NCBI GenBank assembly: GCA_963779615.1
Contig: CAVZZA010000005.1
Location: 576,001 to 640,000, forward strand
Reading direction: 5' to 3'
Origin: an uncultured Nitrososphaeraceae archaeon
GTDB lineage: Archaea > Thermoproteota > Nitrososphaeria > Nitrososphaerales > Nitrososphaeraceae
DNA: 64,000 nt
The notes below the pieces were generated by a model. The model was given only the letters and a program-made list of their open reading frames with translations. It was not told the DNA's origin and ran no database searches. The position numbers were made by a program, and so were the translations under genes. Within the stretch, counting starts at the first letter, position 1, and every line of letters begins with the position of its first letter. Of this stretch, positions 41,963 to 53,854 are shown in pieces.

Positions 41963-43842
41963 TCATGGAAGTCCAAAAGCTGTTATAGATCCTTTTACGA
42001 TGGGTGCGCCTTTGGGCTGACTTGCATCATTGACCTTGCCGGTGGGCACAAAAAGCATTCCATTTCCTACGGATGGCCCTACGGGGCTTATTTCACCGTT
42101 AACATCGTATTCCCACAATTTTTTTCCGGTATGCTTATCTAATGCCAAAATCACTCCAGACTTCACTGCCGTGGTGTGATTTGACTTTGTGCTAGTCTTT
42201 TCGGTGAAAGGAATGTAACCAGCAAATACAATATCATCAGTAACTAAAGGGGATACCCTTGGCGGAAATCCGGTATGGTATTGCCATTTGATTTGCCCCG
42301 TCCTCAAATCCATCGCAAATATGGTTCCATTATGCAATCCAAGCTCCATGGTATGGGGAGCAGCTATCCTGTATCCTGCTACTCCACCTCCACCTCCACC
42401 ACTACTTTCACCATCATATCACCATCACTATCACCATCACCATCATTGCCGGTGAAATAATTTACACCCCTGTTTGTGGCAGAGACATATAGGGTGTTAT
42501 TGCCACTATCTACAGCATGGTAATTGAATATCCCATATACCCAAATCATGCCACTGCCAATTGGTGATGGAATTGCATCTGCATTGATTTGTTTTCCCAA
42601 TGTCTTCCACCATATTTCTTTTCCTGTAGCTGAATCCATTGCCATTATGTTTCCCATTTTGTCATGGCCTACCACTATTTTCTTTTCTGTGCCATTATCG
42701 AACGTAACCTTGCTTATACTGCTTCCCCACGAGGCATCCCAATCATGGGTATCGGGAACTTTCACATTCAAAACAGTGCCAGACTCTATAAATGGCGTAG
42801 CCCATATCATCTTTCCATCGGTAATGTTTACAGCTACCATATGATTAGCATACAGGTTAGGGATCCCCTGTCTTGTGCTTGCGTTAAAGTTTGGTGATGG
42901 GCTTCCTAGTGGCATATACACGATTCCTGTTTCTGGATCAAGGGACCCCCCAGACCAGGCTGACGCGTCTCCGTTGTATGGAGGGGCTTTATTAGGATCA
43001 ACCCAGTCTCCAACTGTAGTCTGCAGGTTCCACAGTATTTTGCCATCTGTTGCATTGAGAGCGGTCATGTTTCCCTGTATCAGTCCAACGCCATCAGGTT
43101 CATCCCCACCGGCTGCCGAACCTGCTACTACATAGTCTTTCCAAACGATTGGAGCAGAGGGAATGTTATAACCTGATTCAGGATGGCCAAGTTTCAATGA
43201 TTGCCACAATATTTTGCCATCTGTTGCATTGATTGCAACAACGGTAGCGTTGTATCCTGTAGCAGCAAACACCACCCCCTTGCTAAATGTCAATCCCATG
43301 GTTGGGCCGGTTCCAGCACGAACCTTCCACAAAATATCCCCACTTCCACTATCAAACGCAATAACGGTACCAGTATAATCCTGGACGTATCCTTTGTTGC
43401 CTATAATTATGGGAGGGTCTTGTATTTCAGCGTTGTTAACCAATCTCCACTTGACCTCCATTGAGCCAACATTGTCTTTCTTAATTGATGTTTGATTGCT
43501 CTCTCTGCTACCATAGATATCATGATTAACAGTTATCCAGTTATCCCTGTTTTTGAGCTCTGTGCCAATCTCGGAGGAGGGGGAGGGAGAGGAGCTTGAT
43601 GTAGATTTACGATCATTTGCATATTGGGCAATTTGGTTTGAAGAAGAGATTTTCAGAGAAGCGACATCTTTCAACTGCTTTTGTTTTTGTTCATCGTCGT
43701 TTCCTGAAAATGAATCCGCATCACCGGAGGCAAAAGCACTGCTAGACAAAAAAATAAAGGATACAAACAAAATAAAACATACATTGACAAGGGATTCAAA
43801 AGTCATTTTTGAGCAAAGAATATTTCTTTTAAAACAAACCAT
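41963..43842 (-). CDS. Secreted PQQ-binding beta-propeller (PQQ dehydrogenase-like), split by one frameshift
   Basis: Repeated A....G...W propeller motifs, W....D...G.VY...G.P.P and HDWD. The two ORFs join if one base is restored in the GATGGT/GATAGT tract near 42417. Confidence 0.82.
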
Positions 43843-44510
43843 TCGAAAGTAATTGTTAGGATATGAAATAAAAGTATATCACCATGAAAAATTGACCGTA
43901 TCCTGGTTTTTACCTAAACAGTAAAAAGGAACGGATTTGCGGATTTCCATTATTTTTGCTGAGTTAGCAGAAAATGCATTTTTATTAAAAAAAAGCCAGG
44001 TGCTGACACATCACATTAAACCCAAAATAACCAAATTAGTCATTGGTCCATGGAGGAGGTTTGGGCAGTATGCATGCAGAAGGCTTGTATTAATTTTATG
44101 ATTAAAATCAGTTTGTTTTGCTTTGTTGCATAACTATTAAATTCGTCAATTTATAATAGAGAACATATCAGGATAATATGAATATCGATTATTCCCCTTG
44201 CGGAAATAAAACTAACACGTTTAAAAAATAGGAAAATGAGTTATGCGGCAAAGCAGTTTGTTTTGCTTAAGTAAAAAATAAAGCATTCGATGATAGTCCA
44301 AAGGACACGCAATACGGTTAAGAAATCCGGATTCATCAAGGTTTCTATACTTTCTGTCCAATGAGAAATACCATTTTTTACAGATTGAGTTAGAGTGGCA
44401 AAGTGGCCCCAAATAAAAAAATACACTGTATATAGAAAATAGAAAACAGAAAGCAAAAATCAAACATATCTAAACAGTCAAAATCGTCACCATCTAAAAA
44501 AAAGGGGACG

Positions 44511-44790
44511 CTATTTGAAAAAGCCAAGTATCTGTTTTATCAGAAAACTTGGCCTCTCTTCCGGGATGAAATGTCCTGTGTTTGATAATGTTATTCCAGT
44601 GACATTGTTTGCGACCTTTTGGAATGCGAAGGCAGTGTGGTTACCTATGCCTGCATCCCCACCTATTGCTAATATGGGAACGTTTAGTTTTTCTTTTTCA
44701 TATTCTTTGTTTGTCCCGCATCATCAAAAATCGCCCTATAGCATTCAAAACCCGCACGCATTGCGCCCGGTCTAGAATATTGTTTAATGT
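44511..44790 (-). pseudogene. Alpha/beta hydrolase (epoxide-hydrolase-like) C-terminal relic
   Basis: YSRPGAMRAGFECYRAIFDD / KLNVPILAIGG...TGHFIPEERP...ILGFFK*. Catalytic His motif present, N-terminus absent. Confidence 0.75.
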
Positions 44791-44792
44791 GC

Positions 44793-46333
44793 TCAACCAA
44801 TTTTGTCGTTACGGTGTTTTTTAACCATAATTGATAAGAATATGGTAACAGCTACCAAAACAGACATACAAATAAATATATCCACAAAAGATTCAGCCGA
44901 TGGAAAAGTCATTGAGTTATTGTAACCATACGCAGTACCAATGGTAGCAGCGGTGGCGGCGGTATTAATGGATACTTGATTTGTTTGCATAAGCATTCCT
45001 GCGACAGCAGGACCGATCGCCGATCCAGTAAACCTAAAAAGGGTATTTACACCAAAAGATATCCCCAAAAACTTTACAGGTGTGGACGCAGTATTGATGT
45101 TGATTTGACCCACATTCAACAGGGACAAACCTGATCCTATTACCGCAAGGCTTATTGCAATCTGCATAGCATCAGAATGGAACATCAAAATACAGACAAA
45201 CCCAATAGTCGCTATTACTCCTCCCGTTAAGATTACCTTGAAGGATCCAATTTTTGATATTATAAAACCAGAAGTAGGTCCAAAAATCAACGACATTATG
45301 GAAAACGGCAACGTAACATACACAACATCCAATGCATTTCCACCAATACCAGAGGGCATGGGAGTTCTAACCAGGTACCTGGTACGGTTTGAAAAATGGC
45401 AAAGGTGGATATACCCCATATGAGAATAATGACGTTTGTTAAAAGTATCGGTTTCAATGCCATCAATTTAAGGCTAATGAGAGGATTGGGTGTTTTTCGC
45501 TCCACAACTATGAAAACAAAAAGCGACACAACGCTCACACCTAACAATGAGAATTGGACTGACATGTTTGGTAGGGTATTGCCAGTGCCTTCGGATTGAA
45601 CCAATGTAAGCGCTAAAATGAATGATGTAACGGTAACGGCCAACACAAAAGTTCCCCGAATGTCAAAATTTGGCATCATGCGGAAAAGTTTAAATCTTTT
45701 TTGGTTATGCACAAACGCCGTTTTTGAATTCAGCAGTGGTTTATCCTCTTTGCTTGCAACAGGCAAACGGTGCGGTATGTTTACAAAAAATTTGATTACC
45801 ACAGTCACAACAACCGCAAATGGAAGTATGGACAGGAAAGTCATGTGCCACCCAAAACTATGCGTTATGTTACCACCAACCATTAACCCCAATACCCCTC
45901 CAAAAGCAAACATTGACGCCAAAGTTCCCTGGCCTACAGCAATTTTGTCTTTTGGGAATTGGGTTTGAACAATGGCAAATACCAGTGGAAACATTGACAT
46001 TCCAATGCCCTGAATTATGCGAAACACGATCATCCAAAAAATATTATTGGACAACGAGCCGCCAATTATGCCCATGATGTATATTGTTAATACTATTAGA
46101 AGGATTAGTTTTCGTCCATAAATATCAGATAGCTTTGAAACTATTGCTGTGGAAATCAATGCAGAAATAATAAAAGATGCGAATATCCAGGAGGAAACAC
46201 TATAGGATATGCCAAATTCTCGGATAATGTCAGGAATGGCAGGCAAAAGCATTGTTTCCACATACATTACCATAATGGAAATAGAACTCAGTATCAAAAG
46301 GAGCTTCCAAGGGGACAAAAGAGCATTTTCCAT
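44793..46333 (-). CDS. MFS transporter (DHA2/EmrB-like), frameshifted near 45375
   Basis: Motif A KLSDIYGRK, FRIIQGIG, FDIRG and ER....PLI. Two overlapping ORFs make one 14-TM transporter. Confidence 0.85.
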
Positions 46334-46335
46334 CT

Positions 46336-46524
46336 CTAAAGTACACGCTTCCCCGGAAACATCATTGCAAGCAATTCTTGCAAATCGGGTTTCCCCTCAT
46401 ATTTGTAATAACCATTTTTTGGCATGGAGCATGGTACTTGACACTTTTGTGCCCCCAATAAATAACTCAAACCTTTTGCAAACCCAGAGTCGTTCCCAAC
46501 AAATTCCAAAACCATGGTACCCAT
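46336..46524 (-). CDS. Small hypothetical protein or fragment
   Basis: ORF whose stop lies 2 bp before the MFS start; no family recognised. Confidence 0.3.
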   Translation of the reverse strand: MGTMVLEFVGNDSGFAKGLSYLLGAQKCQVPCSMPKNGYYKYEGKPDLQELLAMMFPGKRVL

Positions 46525-46834
46525 CCCTTTATTCGGGCTTTCAGATCATCCAACAAGTGACCAATACTACTGTATCCTATATTTTTTTGTTTTTCTTAAA
46601 GTTGCCAATCTTTTATCAAGATATTTTTTCGCCACTTTCTGCATCATCTATACGGCCCATGATAACAATTGCAACTCAGGATTCATTTTAATCTTAAAGC
46701 AGACAGATATTTTCTTTGCATTACACCATAACCAGGTAAAGGAGAAGAGAGGCGTGATTGACCCTGTGGTGTTGCATGAGGTCTAAAGGAAAGATCACTG
46801 AATTTATTTGCAATCATTCAATCTTACTAGCTAT

Positions 46835-47854
46835 TCATTGTGAAATTGAAGAGATGGTAGCCAGAATTTCATAAGAGCGCAGTCGTGCAGTGTGCTCATA
46901 TATATGGGAAACTGCCATAATTTCATCTGCCTGCGTCATGTCCAAAAAAGACTGGAGCCCTTTTTTAACCGTAGCCGGTTCGCCAACAAAAGAATACTTG
47001 AGCATTTCGCCTACTGCATACCTCTCGGGCATACTCCAAATACCTCCAATATCATCCACAGGCGCAGGGAATAGCATAGGCTTTCCCCTAATCATCCCCA
47101 AAGCCCTTATTTGCAGCGAGGTGAACAAACGATTGGCTTCTTTATCGTTGTCTGCCGCAACCACATTGACACCAGCAATAACATAAGGCTCTTTTAGGGT
47201 TTTTGAGGGCTGAAACTTGTCCCGATAAATTTCGATGGCGGTCTCCAAATACGCCGGGGCAAAATGACTGGCAAAAGCATAGGGTAAACCCAGCATTGCT
47301 GCCAGGTGCGCGCTAAATACACTGGAACCCAACAACCATATTGGGACATCCAACCCCTCTCCAGGAGTTGCCCTAACCTGTGTTCCGGGATTTGGCGTGG
47401 CGAAATATTTTTGTAACTCCATCACACTATTGGGAAAATCATCTTCTGAACCATCCAAATTACGCCTTAAAGCCATGGCGGTATTTATGTCAGTTCCGGG
47501 TGCACGACCCAAGCCAAGGTCAATCCTGCCAGGGTACAGAGATTCCAAAGTCCCAAACTGCTCGGCTATTACCAACGGCGAATGGTTTGGCAGCATCACC
47601 CCACCAGAGCCCACCCTTATGGCGGAAGTCCCTCCGGCTATAAACCCAATCAAGATGGAGGTGGCAGTGCTGGCTATACCCGCAATATTGTGGTGTTCAG
47701 CTAACCAGTAGCGTTTATACCCCCATCGCTCCACATGCCTGGCCAAGTCCAGGCTGTTTTGCATTGATTCGCCTGGTGAACCACCTGAATTTACCATTAC
47801 CAAATCTAGGACTGACATTGGCAGATCGCCTATTTTTTTTTGACCGCGTTGCAC
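46835..47854 (-). CDS. LLM-class flavin-dependent oxidoreductase (luciferase-like, YhbW type)
   Basis: [51 protein letters not shown]. Confidence 0.93.
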   Translation of the reverse strand: MQRGQKKIGDLPMSVLDLVMVNSGGSPGESMQNSLDLARHVERWGYKRYWLAEHHNIAGIASTATSILIGFIAGGTSAIRVGSGGVMLPNHSPLVIAEQFGTLESLYPGRIDLGLGRAPGTDINTAMALRRNLDGSEDDFPNSVMELQKYFATPNPGTQVRATPGEGLDVPIWLLGSSVFSAHLAAMLGLPYAFASHFAPAYLETAIEIYRDKFQPSKTLKEPYVIAGVNVVAADNDKEANRLFTSLQIRALGMIRGKPMLFPAPVDDIGGIWSMPERYAVGEMLKYSFVGEPATVKKGLQSFLDMTQADEIMAVSHIYEHTARLRSYEILATISSISQ

Positions 47855-48233
47855 AGTAATTACGTCGGTATCATCCCTTTTACCTTTTTAATCATATATC
47901 ACCTGTCAGCCGACATATATGGATAAGGATGTGCTTGTTTTGTGAATGGGGGTTAGAATACACTGCAATGGTTGAAAAGTGGGGACAGAACAATACGTCA
48001 ATAGGTTTGCAAACATTTTTTCACAGGTTGTGTAGATAAATTGTACTTTTAATTAAAACACGGCTCATATTTTTTAAATTGGGTCCATGGGTACATAATT
48101 CCTTGATAAGAGATTGGATGAAGGGCATCTTCTCGCAGGCAAGCCCCAGGATACCGAATTTACGGATAGCCGACAAAATAAACATGGAAACTTTAATTTT
48201 GATGGGTCAGGAAAATAGTACAGGAAAAAGAGC

Positions 48234-48638
48234 ATGGAAAACAATGACCTATTTTATAATTTAATTACGGATATCCTAAAAGAGGATGATGTGCTTTTAT
48301 CAGTAAACAGCGGAAGTGGCATATGTGAAACAAGAGTTGAAAAGGGAACACCCTTCAAGATAAAGGACAGATGGGCGACAATTGGGGATGACAGAGGGCC
48401 ATGGCACATCCACCTGAATGTGGAAAAAGTTAAAGAGGCCAAATTCATTCAGGAGCCAAGGGCAGATGGCAAGAATAGCTATAGTGTAAGGTTTTTTGAC
48501 TCGGAAGGCAATTTGTCAATGAGGGCAAATTTTACGAAAATGTATGATAATAACGGGAACACAATAAATGAAAAAGTCGAAAGGTATAGCGAAATCTTTC
48601 GCAAATATGGCAGTAAAGGTTCCCTTTCCCTATCATAA
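48234..48638 (+). CDS. HemS/ChuX/HutX-like protein
   Basis: V......I.E, HIHL, SYSVRFFD..G motifs. Confidence 0.65.
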   Translation: MENNDLFYNLITDILKEDDVLLSVNSGSGICETRVEKGTPFKIKDRWATIGDDRGPWHIHLNVEKVKEAKFIQEPRADGKNSYSVRFFDSEGNLSMRANFTKMYDNNGNTINEKVERYSEIFRKYGSKGSLSLS

Positions 48639-49076
48639 CTTTATTGTCGGTTGTTACACCATTGCTAATTACTTATTTGGAGTAACAGTTTTAGCATTAG
48701 AGGTTTTCAGTTGAATTTGAATTCAAGGCTTGTTACCCATTATTGATTCGTCCACCCGTTCATAAAGATCCGGTAAAGCATTATCGAGTTTGGTGTTTCC
48801 GGTTTTATTTTAGCCAAACGCACCGCTTGAGAAAAATCCAGATCATCTATACACAACACACAACACCATCAACATCCCAAAGACAGTTACAATCAGGGTT
48901 GCTGAAATCATTTTCTCGGGTTTTTCTTAACCTCTTCAATTTATTTTGGGTAGCTTTTTTACACCATCTTATAGATCAACAAAAAAACAAATCAAATTGA
49001 TTTGGCATCAGAACAGAGCAGCATTAAGCATGTTTTCAAAATAGATAAAAAAATGATAATATAGATATGGAACAAA

Positions 49077-49748
49077 ATGTATTTATCAATGACAGAAAGC
49101 AGAAGGGCAATTCCAGATTGGGAAACCATATATAAAAACCAGCAAGTAGAATCAATGCCTTGGTACAATGAAAACCTTGATGCGGATTTGGAGGAGGAGT
49201 TGGATAAGAGAAAGATAAACCAAGGCAAATTCCTAGATCTCGGAACAGGTCCAGGAACACAGGCAATAAAACTACATGAAAGGGGCGTAAATGTCACAGC
49301 AACTGACTTATCGGAAACAGCCATTAAAAAGGCCCAAAGCATTTACAACAGCAACAACAACAACAATAAAAAAGTTGACTTCAGAGTCGACAACATCTTG
49401 AACTCAAACCTTAAGGAAAAAGAATTTGACCATATTTTTGACAGGGGATGTTTTCATGTCATTTCAACAGATGACAGGAAACGGTACATCATGCAGGTTA
49501 CCCGAATACTAAAGGATAACGGCATTTTATTTTTGAAATGCTTTAGCGACAAAGAACAAGGTGAGGAGGGCCCACACAGGTTCTCCAAGCACAAATTAAA
49601 AGAAATATTTGAAAATGAAAATTTCAACATAGAGAACATGAAGGAAACTGTTTACCAAGGGACTTTGAATCCTTTGCCAAAAGCGCTATTTGCGGTTATG
49701 ACCAAACAAAACAAAATGGCGGTACTCGGGAACAATAACCTCGGTTGA
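49077..49748 (+). CDS. Class I SAM-dependent methyltransferase
   Basis: W...Y....PW, LDLGTGPG, D.S..AI, FD.IFDRGCFH. Confidence 0.92.
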   Translation: MYLSMTESRRAIPDWETIYKNQQVESMPWYNENLDADLEEELDKRKINQGKFLDLGTGPGTQAIKLHERGVNVTATDLSETAIKKAQSIYNSNNNNNKKVDFRVDNILNSNLKEKEFDHIFDRGCFHVISTDDRKRYIMQVTRILKDNGILFLKCFSDKEQGEEGPHRFSKHKLKEIFENENFNIENMKETVYQGTLNPLPKALFAVMTKQNKMAVLGNNNLG

Positions 49749-50027
49749 ACTGGTTTTAAAATATAAAGCACATTAACAGCGAAATCAATTTTTGTTTGCC
49801 TAATGTTCCCGCTTCTAGCTACTTCAGGGCTTAGTTACTTACTCCCTGCCCCATATTAACAGTTTGAAGAAGAGGTAAAAGGGTTGTTGCATTAAACACT
49901 TAATTTATTATTGGTTTTATCAATAAATAAACATACATTATTTGGTCGCCTGGTTGTCAAACCATTTTTTAAACTAATCATTGAACAATTCAAGAAAAAA
50001 ATAATATTTCATTGAAATTGGGATTTA

Positions 50028-50267
50028 CTACAGCAAAAAAAATGCACTTGCCATACTTTGCATTTGATCGGGTATTTCAAATCGGCTTGGACCTTCTGTA
50101 ACTTTTGCCAAATCATTGCAAAATCCATAGTGAATTTGCAAATGAAAATTGCAATAAAGATTAAAGCATTTGGAGCACTGACAACTGGACTCGTTTATGC
50201 AGTCTGGAAATGTACATTTTGAACTATGTGCTAGTCGGCTAGTCCAAACGTGCTTTGTAATGTCCAT
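50028..50267 (-). CDS. AN1/B-box-like zinc-finger microprotein
   Basis: C-x4-C-x7-C-x2-C-x4-C-x2-H-x3-H-x3-C; ATG at 50267. Confidence 0.55.
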   Translation of the reverse strand: MDITKHVWTSRLAHSSKCTFPDCINESSCQCSKCFNLYCNFHLQIHYGFCNDLAKVTEGPSRFEIPDQMQSMASAFFLL

Positions 50268-51283
50268 ATTAATACACAACATAACTAACAGAAAGTAATA
50301 TAAAAAAAGATTGAAATGCATCTATTAAATTCCCAAATGAGGATATATTTTCAATATTCTATAAAATAAAATAAAATAAAATATAGTGAAAAATATTTAA
50401 TTATCACATGATGAAACTCCCCCTTTTTTATGATTGGATCGATACAATAAAGCAAATGCGATATAATCTTAATTTTAACTCTAACAAAATAGATATAAAA
50501 ACACGGTAAAATGAGATATGTAATAAGTATGGATAATCAACAGGACAATAAAAAACATCTTTTGGTTTCAAAGCAAAAAAATAATTAATTTTGAGTTTTT
50601 ACGACAATAAACACAATAATAAAACACAACACAGAAAACATATTGTCAAGACCCAATCTTTGCGCCGATTCAGTAAAAATAGAGGCAGAATTAGGCATAT
50701 AGACATGCCTTGATCAAAATTGATGAGTCTCCCACCTCTAGTCAAAACAACATGAACCTTTTTCTTATTTATTTTAACAAACCAAGATGTTTTTGGCCTT
50801 TGCATCTCTTCAACTGCAATGGTAACTAGTTATAATTAACTTAGATTTCAATTTGCGCATTAAGTTTATTGCATAAGGACTTCAGGGCATTTTTAATGTA
50901 TTAAACATTCAATAATCAATGGCATAATAAAACAAACGAATTATCTACAGGTTTTTTAAATAAGTCAAATTCAAAATATGTGGTACTGAAATAACACCCT
51001 GATTGAACCTCTTTATCAACTTGTTTATCTGTTACCATTTTTCTATCAATGTTTGAAATTCCCCCATATTAACCTTAGTGGATTGGTAACCGAATAACAA
51101 CCATATTTTTATATTTACAAATTGCCATACGTTATACCGAGTGAAAGAAAAAAACAGGACAAAAGCCACGACTGATAAAAAAAAATTAAGACTTTTAACA
51201 ACATCAAATAAAATGAATTCAAATCAAACCCTATTAAAAAACTACACTTTAAAATCTGCAAAAGAAGGAGCAAGACCTAGCAA

Positions 51284-52243
51284 ATGATTCCCATATCCAC
51301 GGATGAAAATCTAATCATAAGTGCCGTTGAGAAGGTCAGTAAAAGCGTGGTAAACATTGCCAGTGTAAGAATGGTAAAGGATCAGCTCTTGCGGATATTT
51401 CCTGTTGAAGGTGTTGGCTCCGGAGTCATAATTGATAAAAAAGGGCATATACTCACCAATTATCACGTAATCGACAAGGCAGACAAATTAAAAATCACTA
51501 CCACTGATGGTAACTTTTTTGATGGATTTGTTATAGGAACTGACAAACCCACAGATTTGGCGATAATAAGGATTGAGTCGAAAGAGGCATTTTCGTTTGC
51601 CGAGTTAGGAAATTCTGAAAATCTGAAGATTGGTCAAATAGTCATAGCAATTGGAAACCCTTTTGGATTAGCAGGTGGTCCAACCGTAACTGCAGGCATA
51701 ATAAGCTCACTAAACAGGAACCTGCAATTTGAAAACGGAGTGATGGAGTTGATTCAGACAGATGCTGCAATAAACCCCGGAAACTCAGGGGGGCCATTGA
51801 TAGATACGAATGGAAAGGTTATTGGAATAAACACTGCAAAGATACCTTATGCGCAGGGAATGGGTTTTGCAATCCCCATAAATGTTGTAAAGACAATACA
51901 ATTGGATTTGATAGAAAAGGGACAGGTAACAAACAGGCCATGGATGGGCATTTCAACAATCAAAATAACAAGGCAATTGGCAAGATATTATGGATTGCCA
52001 ACGAGGGAGGGCGTCCTTATTGCAGGGGTGCAAAAAAACAGTCCAGCCGAGTCTGCGGACTTGAGAAAAGGGGATATCATAGAATCATTGGACGGCAAGC
52101 GAATAATTGACCCAATGCAAATATCATCCAATATCCGAAAGAAGAACGTAAAGGACAAAGTAACAGTCAGGATAAATAGGTATGGCAAGCAATTTGACAG
52201 GGAAATACAGCTACTAGCACAGCCAACAGGTTTAGGCGAGTAA
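51284..52243 (+). CDS. htrA: HtrA/DegP-type trypsin-like serine protease with one PDZ domain
   Basis: Triad motifs TNYHV, TDLA and GNSGG; PDZ with PWMGI and GDII. No signal peptide or TM helix. Confidence 0.92.
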   Translation: MIPISTDENLIISAVEKVSKSVVNIASVRMVKDQLLRIFPVEGVGSGVIIDKKGHILTNYHVIDKADKLKITTTDGNFFDGFVIGTDKPTDLAIIRIESKEAFSFAELGNSENLKIGQIVIAIGNPFGLAGGPTVTAGIISSLNRNLQFENGVMELIQTDAAINPGNSGGPLIDTNGKVIGINTAKIPYAQGMGFAIPINVVKTIQLDLIEKGQVTNRPWMGISTIKITRQLARYYGLPTREGVLIAGVQKNSPAESADLRKGDIIESLDGKRIIDPMQISSNIRKKNVKDKVTVRINRYGKQFDREIQLLAQPTGLGE

Positions 52244-52550
52244 AATAGAAACCATAAAATTCAAAACAGGCATTTGGCAGTCCCGACATTAATCATTGCC
52301 TTTTCATAAAAACGGTGGTGCCGTCACCCAAGTTATTGTTTGATCGTTATTTCTCATGGGACCTAATTGATTTTGTGAGTTTTGGAAACATTCGTTTTTT
52401 TTATATTTGGGTATCCCGAACCTAATAAAATTATTGAGTATTTTGGTTGGAAGGTCTAAAGGTTTCCAACAAAAGAAAATAGGAGTCTTCCATGGGTGAA
52501 CTGGGCCAGCCGCCAAAAATCCTTAATATACACTGGATGGCCAAATAAAC

Positions 52551-53547
52551 ATGGAAAAGGTTAGCAATGGCATTGATGCCTTTGATTACTCAACGGTAGA
52601 ACAGAAAACCCGCGGATTTTTAGAATCATTACAAAAAAGCGGAGGTCCCCCACTTTACACTTTGACACCCAATGACGCTCGCGCCGTTTTGTCTGGCCTG
52701 CAATCAGGCCCTGTACAAAAACCTCCTGCAGAAATAGACAGCCAAACTATTCAGGGCGGTCCCAATGGCGAGTTATCCATTAAACTAGTCAGGCCCCATG
52801 GAAGCGGAAATGAAACTCTGCCTGCGGTGGTCTACTTTCACGGCGGAGGATGGGTTTTGGGTGGCTTTGATACCCATGAGCGATTGTTGAGGGAGCTTGC
52901 TAGCGGTGCGCATGTAGCCATTGTGTTTGTCAACTACACACGCTCACCTGAAGCAAAATACCCGGTACCCACAGAGGAGGCATATTCTGCAATAAAATGG
53001 GTTGCCGGAAATGGCCAAACCATAAAGATAGACCCCTCGCGTATTGCAGTGGCAGGGGATAGTGTGGGTGGCAACATGGCCGCTGCAGTTACACTACTTG
53101 CCAAAGAACGCGGTGGTCCGTCCATTGTCTTTCAGCTTTTGTTCTATCCAGTAACGGACGCCAGTTTTGATACCGGTTCCTACACCTCATATCAAGAAGG
53201 GTATTTTCTCACCCGTGAAGCCATGAAGTGGTTTTGGAGCAACTATCTTTCAAGCGATACCAACAGAAAAGAGCCAACTGTTTCCCCACTACAAGCACCA
53301 CTTGAACAGCTGTGTGGTTTGCCACCTGCATTAGTCATTGTGGGAGAAAATGAACGTACTTCGCGATGAGGGTGAGGCGTATGCCCACAAGTTGATGCAA
53401 GCGGGAGTCACAGTTACTGCAACCAGATATCTAGGAACCATCCATGACTTTGTAATGCTAAACCCTATCGCAGATACCCCTGCTCCAAGGGGAGCAATTG
53501 ATCAGGCCTCCAGCATGCTTAAAAGGGTATTTTCAGACCGCAAGTGA
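52551..53547 (+). CDS. HSL-family alpha/beta esterase/lipase, +1 frameshift near 53352
   Basis: HGGGW and GDSVG in the first ORF; (D)VLRDEG and IHDF in the second frame. Confidence 0.88.
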
Positions 53548-53854
53548 TGCCCCACATTGCCTTCAATGTGTTTCTGTATAACAATTGTTACCGATAGATT
53601 TAACGCACAGATAACTATAGCCCACAGAGATAAAAAAATTGATATGTATACGGAAACACACAAAAACTTGTTTTTACATTTCTACAACAACCGGTATTGA
53701 AAGAAATTCCAGATTTGTTTTAATGGAGTTCCCATCCTTAAAACTCCATTGATTTTGGCATGGTGTAGGCAATAATTCGCTTGTGCATATGCCAAAGGGA
53801 CAACCCAGCTATTGATTGTTTATCTGCAATGTTCCTTTTATTGGTTCTAAAACT

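Noticed and set aside
49800-49860. GC-richer intergenic stretch as a possible ncRNA or IS200/IS605 end
   Set aside because: No convincing stem structure, no second copy and no nearby tnpB.
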